DNA from: Nitrospirota bacterium
GTDB lineage: Bacteria > Nitrospirota > UBA9217
DNA length: 64,000 nt
Direction: 5' to 3'
NCBI GenBank assembly: GCA_963737155.1
Contig: CAVTRN010000002.1
Coordinates: 1,920,001-1,984,000, forward strand
Shown piece after piece: positions 55,868-64,000 of the stretch (positions are counted from its first letter, which is position 1; the number at the start of each line of letters is the position of its first letter). The notes beneath the pieces are model-generated. The model was not told the origin of the DNA. It searched no databases and was given only the letters and a program-made list of their open reading frames with translations. A program made the translations under genes and the position numbers.

Positions 55868-56455
55868 TTAAGGCGATGTCTTTTTATAAATTGCTACTAA
55901 GCAGTATTGCCTAACAGAATTTGATAGCTTCTTGTTTGCTAATAAAAATGGCAACGAAAATAAATTAATCAATGACCAACGATCATCAAGCCGTTTTAGT
56001 TTATCCTCATCATAGTAAACTTTATGATCAGGGTCTAAACTAAATCCCATAATACCAGGTACTGCAACAACAAGTCCTCCTCTTCGACTAGTAATTCGAT
56101 AGCACTCATCTAAAGTTTGCTGTGGATCAACAACATGCTCCAAAACACTATCAAGAATGCACGAATCAAATGTATTGTCCGCTACAGGAAATGAACCATT
56201 GTCGTTAATAAGTTGAGCATTTAACCCGATGCTCCTGCAATATTCTACTGTAATTGGATTTACATCCAATCCACTCACAAACGAAGGGAAAGTCCCCAGC
56301 ACTCCACTTCCGGTACCAGATCCAACCTCAAGAATACGCGGGCCAAAACGACGCGCGAATAAAAATAATATCGGTGAAGAAATAAGTCGCTTATACGCAC
56401 GTCCAGCAAAGCTTATTTTTCTCAGATGGTGGTAATAATCTTTAAATTTGTCCAA
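55868..56455 (-). CDS. Class I SAM-dependent methyltransferase
   Basis: ILEVGSGTG, VLEHVVDP. Confidence 0.85.
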   Translation of the reverse strand: MDKFKDYYHHLRKISFAGRAYKRLISSPILFLFARRFGPRILEVGSGTGSGVLGTFPSFVSGLDVNPITVEYCRSIGLNAQLINDNGSFPVADNTFDSCILDSVLEHVVDPQQTLDECYRITSRRGGLVVAVPGIMGFSLDPDHKVYYDEDKLKRLDDRWSLINLFSLPFLLANKKLSNSVRQYCLVAIYKKTSP

Positions 56456-56493
56456 GACATGTCCTTTTTATCAATTTGATCTAATAATTAGGG

Positions 56494-57603
56494 CTAAGAT
56501 AAGTATGATTTCAGAAGTGAATCTCCCAAATATCGGCAGGGCTCGATTGCAGCTCCTTCTGACCACTCGTTCCAAGCATTACACAACAACGGGAGATTAT
56601 CCGAATAAACTGAATCAGCAAGCGACGTACTCAGCATAACTGAAAATTGTTCTTGAGTTGGAACCTCAATCGCCGTAAAACGATCACGATATCTCGGAGC
56701 ATTATTCCAGCCACATGTCAATACGTTTTGAACTGGGCACTTCAATGTATCAGTTAGACGTTTTCGATCTGGCGAGTGGAAGTAGTCTAAAAAATATGAG
56801 AATGGATATGTTTTCGAAGTGATATTTAATAATTTGCCAACCTTATCTGACAAGTATTCAGCTTTTGTGTACGGCATTGAGTGAATAATGCGTCTAAATA
56901 CTGAATGTATGAGCTTGTATTTTCGTAATCCATGATAATTTAAGAACAACCTCGGCTCAAACAGGTAACAAAAATCGAAAATATCTGAGTATTCAACATC
57001 TGAGGCACTCTTTAGACAGTAACCAATTAATGCATTAACTCCAACTCGATTAAACTCATCGCGATAACAATTTATTGTTTTAACAGGGTCGTGAAAAAAT
57101 TCTGGGCGATAGATAACAAAAAGCGGACGATTCATAACCGTGGTATAAGATACTGACTCCATAAATGGCTTCAAATAGTTCACATGGCCGCGTATTTGAT
57201 CATTACTTGGCGATGTAGAAACAAATTTTAGAATCTCAGTATCTTTTCCAGCCCAACGTTTTGACCAACTTTCATTTGCCCAAATAAAGAAGTAATTAAA
57301 TTTCTCTGGTGTCCGAGAACATTGTAAATAACGTTCAACAGCATTCAATTCAGGTCCTTCTTCAAACCAATAATGATAGATACCAAAACCATCTAATCCG
57401 GCATTGGCAGCTTCTTCAAACCTTGCTGCAATATCATTGGTTTTAGATAAATCATAAAAACCAGCAACAGGAGAACGCCGTCTCCAATAATCGAACGCAT
57501 TTGCTGCAGAAACTAATGTCCAATCTGTAAAGCCGTAACCCCAAGCAATATCATTAACTTGGATTTGATGGAATTGAGGAAAAAAAATAGCATATCGCTT
57601 CAT
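56494..57603 (-). CDS. WbsX/GH99-like glycosyltransferase
   Basis: FFPQFH..ND..WGYGFTDW, WANESW, NAWNEWSEGA..EP. Confidence 0.87.
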   Translation of the reverse strand: MKRYAIFFPQFHQIQVNDIAWGYGFTDWTLVSAANAFDYWRRRSPVAGFYDLSKTNDIAARFEEAANAGLDGFGIYHYWFEEGPELNAVERYLQCSRTPEKFNYFFIWANESWSKRWAGKDTEILKFVSTSPSNDQIRGHVNYLKPFMESVSYTTVMNRPLFVIYRPEFFHDPVKTINCYRDEFNRVGVNALIGYCLKSASDVEYSDIFDFCYLFEPRLFLNYHGLRKYKLIHSVFRRIIHSMPYTKAEYLSDKVGKLLNITSKTYPFSYFLDYFHSPDRKRLTDTLKCPVQNVLTCGWNNAPRYRDRFTAIEVPTQEQFSVMLSTSLADSVYSDNLPLLCNAWNEWSEGAAIEPCRYLGDSLLKSYLS

Positions 57604-58337
57604 TTAGTTGACAACCTTCCTTTGCACATTCTCCAAGACTTCAACAACACTCTGCGAAATATCACAAGACAATAGGAGATAAAGCCGATCTGCTTCAGTA
57701 CAATTGCAGGATAAGCTTGTCTAAATATAAGATCCGGCGAGCGAGAAGATAAACCATCCGCTGAATACCAAGCTACACAGCCATTATATTTCGTGAACTT
57801 TAAATGAGGAGTTGAACTAAAATAAATATTAACATAATGATCAGCCTGTGTTTTGAATTGAACGGGATATTTACCGATCTCTTTCAGAAATCGCAAACGG
57901 TTGTAAAAAAGGCCTTGGTGGCACCAATTTGTCCATGCAAGACTCTTTCTGAAAATATTGTTCTTAAATATTCTATTCTTGCCCCAAAATACATCGGCAA
58001 GAATAAGATCCGCTTCATTTTCCTTGCCCTGTATTATGGCATTAGCAGCTACTGGGAGTAATATATCATCTTGACCAATAAAGTAAAGATAACTGCCCCT
58101 AGCCTTAGTAATGCCGATATTCATAGCTTGATAGATTCCGGGTACGTCTTCACCATAAATTTGCAGGTTATCAATACAAGCAATATCACTAAAAGATAAC
58201 ACATCTGGTGTTATTATAATTATTTCGTATGCTATTTTTCTGTTTAGTGCGCTCCTAATTGAATAAATGCATCTTATGAGGTCATCATTTAGCCGAAGTG
58301 CTGGTAATATTATTGATAAATCAGGAGGTAAGTTCAT
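57600..58337 (-). CDS. GT2 glycosyltransferase
   Basis: GIYQAMNIG, FIGQDD, CHQG. Confidence 0.85.
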   Translation of the reverse strand: MNLPPDLSIILPALRLNDDLIRCIYSIRSALNRKIAYEIIIITPDVLSFSDIACIDNLQIYGEDVPGIYQAMNIGITKARGSYLYFIGQDDILLPVAANAIIQGKENEADLILADVFWGKNRIFKNNIFRKSLAWTNWCHQGLFYNRLRFLKEIGKYPVQFKTQADHYVNIYFSSTPHLKFTKYNGCVAWYSADGLSSRSPDLIFRQAYPAIVLKQIGFISYCLVIFRRVLLKSWRMCKGRLSTK

Positions 58338-58352
58338 AAGATAATCTGTCGG

Positions 58353-59648
58353 TTAAGAAACGATAGTATGAATAGCTTTATGGGGTACATTACGTACCGA
58401 TGTAACTATTAGCTTACTTGAAAATATAATGAGCATCCACACAAACAGGAGTTCAGCTGTTAGCACAAATGCCTGAAAGTCTTGCACAAAAGTTAATAAC
58501 ATCGTAAATAAAAAGGAAAATGAAATTAACTTCCTGAATGGACCTTGAGATATATAAAGTGTTAGATAACCAACAGCAATAACAACGACGATAAAGAGCA
58601 TGCAAAAAAAGATAGCAAATAAATCTGATAAATTTCTGTAGTAAGTTAGAATATGGGAGCTAAGACCTGCATTGGCTCCGACAAATAAGTCTATGGAATA
58701 TGCAGCTGCGTACTGTGCTCTCCCGATGGGTAATTCTGAAACTTGGACACCTAGTTTATAAGAAAACCCCTTAAAGATTTCTGCCAGCAAATTGCCGTGA
58801 ATGTTTGTCATCATTGCATTATTAATTAATGAATCGCTGGCAAGGGCACGACCATCTGCCGACAAAACAAACCTTGATAGTGCAAGATTGATAGATTGTT
58901 CAAAAGAAGAATTTAGAAATACACTCATCAAATAAATATATGCAATGATAGAAGCACTAAAGACAATAAATGAAAGGATTTTTACGGTCAAAGAGATTTT
59001 GTTTAATTTATACCCTAAACCAAAAGCCAGGATGAATATTGTCAGAATAATCATAAAAACATTCCCCTTCGATCCTGATAAAAGGCTTATCATAAAAGTG
59101 ATAAGAAATGCTAAGATGTCCAGCCATGAAAATTTATTTTTATACAACCTAGTACTTATTACTATTATAATTGCATTTTGAACAACAGCAGAAAAGTATG
59201 TCAATAATAGCGGTAAACCACCATTTGAAAGATAATCAATCCGTGAACCCCCTGATAATAATCCAAAACTATTTGGATTCGATAATAATAAATAAAGCGA
59301 TATGCTAATAGAGAGAAATAATAGTTTTTTTAATATTCCATCTGAGATAAATGCATTGATTGATGAAATGATTCTATAGATTAAATCGCAAAGAAAATAG
59401 GTTGTGAAGAACAGCAATATTAGTTCAAGTGCTATGACAAATAGTATTAACTTGCTGTTAGATACTGTGTCGCTGTATATTAAAATATAAATTAGGGCAG
59501 ATACTCCAACCACTGACGTCCAGTTTATCAATATTAAAGAGGCTGCTACTTTTCTATAATTAAAGAAAAACAATAAAGCCATGCCAATAAGCAAACTAAT
59601 TGCATAGATTGAGAACTGATTAGCTAATATCAAGTCAATGTTATTCAT
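58353..59648 (-). CDS. Polytopic membrane protein, probable O-antigen polymerase Wzy
   Basis: Many TM segments, very AT-rich, LSGSKG, glycan-cluster context. Confidence 0.65.
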   Translation of the reverse strand: MNNIDLILANQFSIYAISLLIGMALLFFFNYRKVAASLILINWTSVVGVSALIYILIYSDTVSNSKLILFVIALELILLFFTTYFLCDLIYRIISSINAFISDGILKKLLFLSISISLYLLLSNPNSFGLLSGGSRIDYLSNGGLPLLLTYFSAVVQNAIIIVISTRLYKNKFSWLDILAFLITFMISLLSGSKGNVFMIILTIFILAFGLGYKLNKISLTVKILSFIVFSASIIAYIYLMSVFLNSSFEQSINLALSRFVLSADGRALASDSLINNAMMTNIHGNLLAEIFKGFSYKLGVQVSELPIGRAQYAAAYSIDLFVGANAGLSSHILTYYRNLSDLFAIFFCMLFIVVVIAVGYLTLYISQGPFRKLISFSFLFTMLLTFVQDFQAFVLTAELLFVWMLIIFSSKLIVTSVRNVPHKAIHTIVS

Positions 59649-60152
59649 TATTTATTGATGTTCTTTATTGTTTTATTTAAAGTTCGATAAGAACGAAAAG
59701 ATGTTTCCAAGCACGATTCTGGAAAGTGTTTCCACTATCATTATTACTTCGTAGATAAGTCATTCGGCCTACGTTTATGTTCTCATTTCCATCTGGGCGT
59801 ACCTTCGACTCCAGCACTACATGAATGGCCACAACTGTCTGGCATCAAAACTAATAAAACCGATGATTTCCTCTACTTTTGGGAATAGCTATTCTCTCTA
59901 GAGACAATTTATCCGAGGCCTAGAAGCCTTCCGACGCAGGATTAGCCATTAGAAATACATCTGTAATCACACAATTGCTGAATATATGATACGATGTTTT
60001 AGTAATAAGTTTTAACCAGCTTAAGAAGATTATTATTCTTTACTTACTAATGCATTGTCTTATAACCAGCTGATGTCCCTCGCTTTTATTTACCCCTGCA
60101 CGAAGTTACAGCCATGCTGATAATTCTCCAGAAAATACACTTCACTTAAAAA

Positions 60153-60641
60153 CTATAAAAAGCGATTTGGGGCATCGTTTATAAAATAATACTTGGTAAA
60201 ATTGTGCACAGATGGATCTGAGAGAAGGTCCTCTATAGGCATGAATTTCATTTGCTCATGCTGATCATCATTGTGCGCCGTCCATTTCCCACATACAGTT
60301 ACGCGACATGCAACTATGATGTAATGAGTATTGAATGTCGGATCTCCAAAAACATTATCGTCATATATATGGTCATATATTCCATGTAACGCAATGTCTG
60401 ATATTTTTTTCGAAGGCAAATTAATTTCATCGTTTAATATTCGATTAAGAGATTCATGCAGCCGTTCATTCTTGAAAACTCGTCCACCAGGAACGAACCA
60501 TAAACCTTGTGCCGGTGGATTTTTTCTCAGGCCTACTAAAACCCTGTTATCTTTATCTTGTACAATTAGGTCAAGGGCAATGAGATTCGTCGTCCGCACT
60601 ACTTTCCTAAATTCTTCGGTAGATAAATAAAACTTCAACAT
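60153..60641 (-). CDS. gmm: GDP-mannose mannosyl hydrolase (Nudix)
   Basis: RKNPPAQGLWFVPGGR..KNE, HIYDDN, THYI, DDQH. Confidence 0.88.
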   Translation of the reverse strand: MLKFYLSTEEFRKVVRTTNLIALDLIVQDKDNRVLVGLRKNPPAQGLWFVPGGRVFKNERLHESLNRILNDEINLPSKKISDIALHGIYDHIYDDNVFGDPTFNTHYIIVACRVTVCGKWTAHNDDQHEQMKFMPIEDLLSDPSVHNFTKYYFINDAPNRFL

Positions 60642-61810
60642 AATATCCTTGTATTAATAAAGTCCAAATAACGCAATGCTGCATTGTCCCAACTATAATA
60701 TCCAACAGCTTCGTGGTTATGAGAAATGTGTTCAGAAATCAATAAATTATCATCCCAGACACGCAATAGTAGCTCAGCAAGATCCTTGTCATCTAATGGT
60801 TTAAATAATTCGCATTTAAGCAGTTGTGACATCTCTCTGTTAGGAGAAGTATCCGATGCGAGAACCGGACAGCCAGCAGCGGCGGCCTCCAAGAATGGAA
60901 GACTGCTTGATTCATAAAGTACAGCCGTTATTAAAAATTTGGATCTTTGATACAGGGCAATCATATCTTCATAAGGTACGATCCCCAGATAATGCACATG
61001 CGACAAGTCGTGATCGGTAATATATCTGAAAATTGGGTCAGAACCAGAATATTTTGCACCAGTAAGCACTAGTGGAATGCTTAGTTTGTGCTCAAACTTC
61101 AGGCGTTTAATTGCCTTAAGCACAGTAATGTGATTTTTGTGTAACCATAGCTGGGCCGGATAGAAAAGAAATTCAGATGGTAAACCGTATTTATCTACAA
61201 CATCAATATCAGTTGGTGTTGAAAATGTTTTAATATCAACACCTTCATGAATAACCACTATCTGCTCTGGTTTTAGATGCGTAAAATGAGAAAGAAGGTC
61301 CTCTTTAATAAATTGACTGCTTGCTTGTATGTATGTTGCCAACTCAGCACTGAGATTAAAGCGCACATTACGATTGATACGTTCTCGCCAACGGAAATAT
61401 TGTGGGTAGTGCACTTGTTGGATGTCGTGCATGGAAAGTAACGTGGGCTTCAAAAATGTATATGGAAAGAGAGTTGTAGTAGGGATATATATTAAGTCAG
61501 AACACTCATTCATAATCTTGGAATATGGGCTAAAAGCTAAATCTGAAATTACACGATGAAGGATTTTGCCAATGTAAATAGATCGTCCTACCGCGCGATT
61601 CAACTTTTCCGTTACTGGGAAGGATATTATTTCAATACGTGGATCGAATTTAAATGAATCAAATAAACCACGATTATATTCCGTAACATATAACTGAATT
61701 TTGTTGTTGTGGCTTACACTGGCGAGTCCTTTCAATAAACCAAGCGTGTATGAGTTTACCCCGCCTCTATACGTTGGATCTGTTGCTATGCAGTTAATTC
61801 CTATGTTCAT
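60635..61810 (-). CDS. GT4 glycosyltransferase
   Basis: HDIQQVHYP, YPAQLWLHKNH, YESSSLPFLEA. Confidence 0.87.
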   Translation of the reverse strand: MNIGINCIATDPTYRGGVNSYTLGLLKGLASVSHNNKIQLYVTEYNRGLFDSFKFDPRIEIISFPVTEKLNRAVGRSIYIGKILHRVISDLAFSPYSKIMNECSDLIYIPTTTLFPYTFLKPTLLSMHDIQQVHYPQYFRWRERINRNVRFNLSAELATYIQASSQFIKEDLLSHFTHLKPEQIVVIHEGVDIKTFSTPTDIDVVDKYGLPSEFLFYPAQLWLHKNHITVLKAIKRLKFEHKLSIPLVLTGAKYSGSDPIFRYITDHDLSHVHYLGIVPYEDMIALYQRSKFLITAVLYESSSLPFLEAAAAGCPVLASDTSPNREMSQLLKCELFKPLDDKDLAELLLRVWDDNLLISEHISHNHEAVGYYSWDNAALRYLDFINTRILC

Positions 61811-62900
61811 AGAAAGCTTTTATCTCCTGAATGACAGTATTTTGTTCATTATCTGTCAATATGTACGATGATGGCAGAGATAATCCCCTGTGATAGATAT
61901 CTTCTGTTACAGGAAATGGGCATGAGTTATTCGCTAATATGAGGGGATCTTTTATATAACAAGGCTGCCAATGTAATGGATAGAAGAAGCGACGAGTCTG
62001 AATCTGGCGGTTTTGTAGCCAAGTGGCAAGCTCGTCTGTTGTATCACTTAGAAATGATGTAAACCAAAATACCGGTTCAGTCCGTGGATCAATCTTACAG
62101 GGAACCAGTCCTGCAATGCCAGAGAGCTCCGAAACATATCGATCATGGATTTCTCGCTTGCGTGGAATAATGCGTGATAGTTTTTTCAATTGCGCAACTC
62201 CAACGGCAGCTTGCATCTCGGTAAAGGAAAAATTGAAACCAATCTCTTCATGGACAAAGACACCTTTACGTTCACGCCCATGGTTCTTGATTCGATAGCA
62301 TGCCTTAGCAAGTACATCATTATCAGTTAGGACCATACCACCTTCTCCACAGGTAATAGTTTTATTGCCGTAGAATGAAAGAATCCCCAATTCTCCAAAA
62401 GTGCCGACATGGCGTCCGTTGAAACGAACACCCACTCCCTGGGCTGCATCTTCTACGACGGCGAGCTTGAATTCCAATGCTAGTGCCGTAACCGCTTCCA
62501 TATCAGCACTTTGACCATAGAGGTGTACCGGCATAATTGCCTTTGTCTTAGGCGTTACTCGACTTCGCGCCGAGGCTGTATCGATACAAAATGTGTCTGT
62601 TAAAACATCACAGAAGATTGGTAGTGCTCCCGCCAAAATTACGGCGTTGGCAGTAGCCACGAATGTCAAATCTGGAACAAGTACCTCGTCACCTGGCCCT
62701 ACGCCAAGTGCTTTTAAACATGAGTACAGCGCTAACGTGCCATTGATCATAGCTATTGCGTGTTTCGCACCAGTTAGTTCACGGCACATATCCTCGAACT
62801 GCGCAGTCATAGTGCTTTCAGTGACAAAAGTGCTCGTAATTACCTTTTTTAATTCGTCTAATTCCTCGTGGTCAATCCACGGTTCAATCTGAATGATCAT
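61794..62900 (-). CDS. DegT/DnrJ-family aminotransferase (perosamine synthase-like)
   Basis: GTLAL, TFVATANA, PVHLYG, EDAAQ, SFYGNKTITCGEGG. Confidence 0.9.
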   Translation of the reverse strand: MIIQIEPWIDHEELDELKKVITSTFVTESTMTAQFEDMCRELTGAKHAIAMINGTLALYSCLKALGVGPGDEVLVPDLTFVATANAVILAGALPIFCDVLTDTFCIDTASARSRVTPKTKAIMPVHLYGQSADMEAVTALALEFKLAVVEDAAQGVGVRFNGRHVGTFGELGILSFYGNKTITCGEGGMVLTDNDVLAKACYRIKNHGRERKGVFVHEEIGFNFSFTEMQAAVGVAQLKKLSRIIPRKREIHDRYVSELSGIAGLVPCKIDPRTEPVFWFTSFLSDTTDELATWLQNRQIQTRRFFYPLHWQPCYIKDPLILANNSCPFPVTEDIYHRGLSLPSSYILTDNEQNTVIQEIKAFYEHRN

Positions 62901-62920
62901 AAATATCTCCTTAATAAACC

Positions 62921-63631
62921 TTAATTCAGATCCGTTTTCTGCGGTTGAAAATAGAAGAGCACCTGGTTCCCTACTCGCCTTCTCAGAAATCTTAAATGAT
63001 TTGTAATATAATAGATCCCCGGAAGATATGTATATCGATGATTGCGCAGGTTTAGAACCTCGATTGCAAATAGTTTATACCTCCCCACACGTTGGAACAT
63101 CTCGAGAAGTCTTTCTTCGGTGAAATACGGGGATCCAGTAATAGGACCTGATACAGCTATTGATGCGTTCGGCAGTAAAGTGACTAAATTTAACAATGCT
63201 TGGTCTTGCTCATGCTCTTTCAGGTAATAAAGACACTCTAATAGCAAAATTACTGATATATTATTTAACACGTTATTGCCAAAATCATTTTTTGAGATGT
63301 GCAGGGAATCTTTTAATATAAACTGTGTTCTTTTTCTGAGCCCAGGACAGAGAACAACTGCCTTTTGGGCTTGCTGTAAAGCAACAGCAGAAATATCATT
63401 TACAACAACTGTCGCATTCGGAAATGCTCCGCCAAGCTGTGTCGTAAAACTGCCGTCATATGCGCCGATTTCAAGAAAGCCCCCTTTAAAATCAGAGCCA
63501 AGGTGGTTTAACAGGAACTTGATTGTTTTTCGTAGTCTATTCAAAACCGTTTTTTCTTTATATGCCCATGGATCTCCAACTTTGTTGAACCATGAATCAA
63601 AATCTTCCGCAGTTCTCGGTCGGTTTGCCAT
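62921..63631 (-). CDS. SAM-dependent methyltransferase (NodS-like)
   Basis: DPWAY, LEIGAYDGSFT, DISAVAL, ECLYYL. Confidence 0.75.
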   Translation of the reverse strand: MANRPRTAEDFDSWFNKVGDPWAYKEKTVLNRLRKTIKFLLNHLGSDFKGGFLEIGAYDGSFTTQLGGAFPNATVVVNDISAVALQQAQKAVVLCPGLRKRTQFILKDSLHISKNDFGNNVLNNISVILLLECLYYLKEHEQDQALLNLVTLLPNASIAVSGPITGSPYFTEERLLEMFQRVGRYKLFAIEVLNLRNHRYTYLPGIYYITNHLRFLRRRVGNQVLFYFQPQKTDLN

Positions 63632-63781
63632 TAATTATCCTTTAATTCTGAAACAGAAGTTGACGCGGCCATTTATTACTAAATCAATAAGATACTGCAG
63701 TTTATCATTAAGCCAATGGAGATAATTTAAAATGTTACTAAGAACTTCACAAGTAAAGCCTCATATGCTATACTATGAGGC

Positions 63782-64000
63782 ATGAAATGCAAAAAAACTA
63801 CCGACGGACGAGCGTACTCTCACACGACTTTGGAAGAAATGCGACTGGGCGCGGTAAAGCGCATTGAAGCCGGGGAAAGCCCAGAGTTTGTTGCGTTGGG
63901 GCTTGGTATCAACCGCAGAACAATCTATCGATGGCTTTCGGGATACCATTACCAGGGTGAAGCGGGGTTGAGAGCCAAACCGATCCCTGGTGCGCCGACG
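63782..64000 (+). mobile_element. IS630-family transposase N-terminus (cut by window edge)
   Basis: MKCKKTTDGRAYSHTTLEEMRLGAVKRIEAGESPEFVA..INRRTIYRWL..GLRAKPIPG. Confidence 0.82.

Noticed and set aside
59650-60150. Possible pseudogene in the glycan cluster gap
   Set aside because: No recognisable protein motif in the frames read by eye

Overview
Bacterial chromosomal segment, probably from an anaerobic Nitrospirota- or Desulfobacterota-like organism (inferred from gene content). It appears to span the replication terminus: a near-canonical XerC/D dif site lies at 45676-45703, with genes mostly on + to its left and almost all on - to its right. Left part (0.3-33 kb): a giant CheB-CheR-PAS-PocR-GAF histidine kinase, a hybrid kinase with a sigma54 activator, a probably sigma54-driven chemosensory cluster (REC, MCP, cheY, STAS, cheA, short cheR + MBL hydrolase + cytoplasmic poly-HAMP MCP, cheW, cheR, cheB, hybrid kinase, cheD), tRNA-Thr att scars and a heme-c MCP. 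Middle (34-48 kb) is accessory: a nonsense-disrupted IS110 with a bridge-RNA-like 3' end, two HigBA modules and one HepT/MntA module, a 7-CxxCH multiheme cytochrome, IS630, a split YeeE/YedE pair and an hsdM relic. Right part (48-64 kb): a surface polysaccharide locus and the start of another IS630. The most striking unexplained signal is an array of about 11 copies of a 19-bp motif (TGGAASCATAAGNYTGCCG) that mostly converge on dif from both sides. All calls come from reading the sequence by eye; no searches or folding programs were run.
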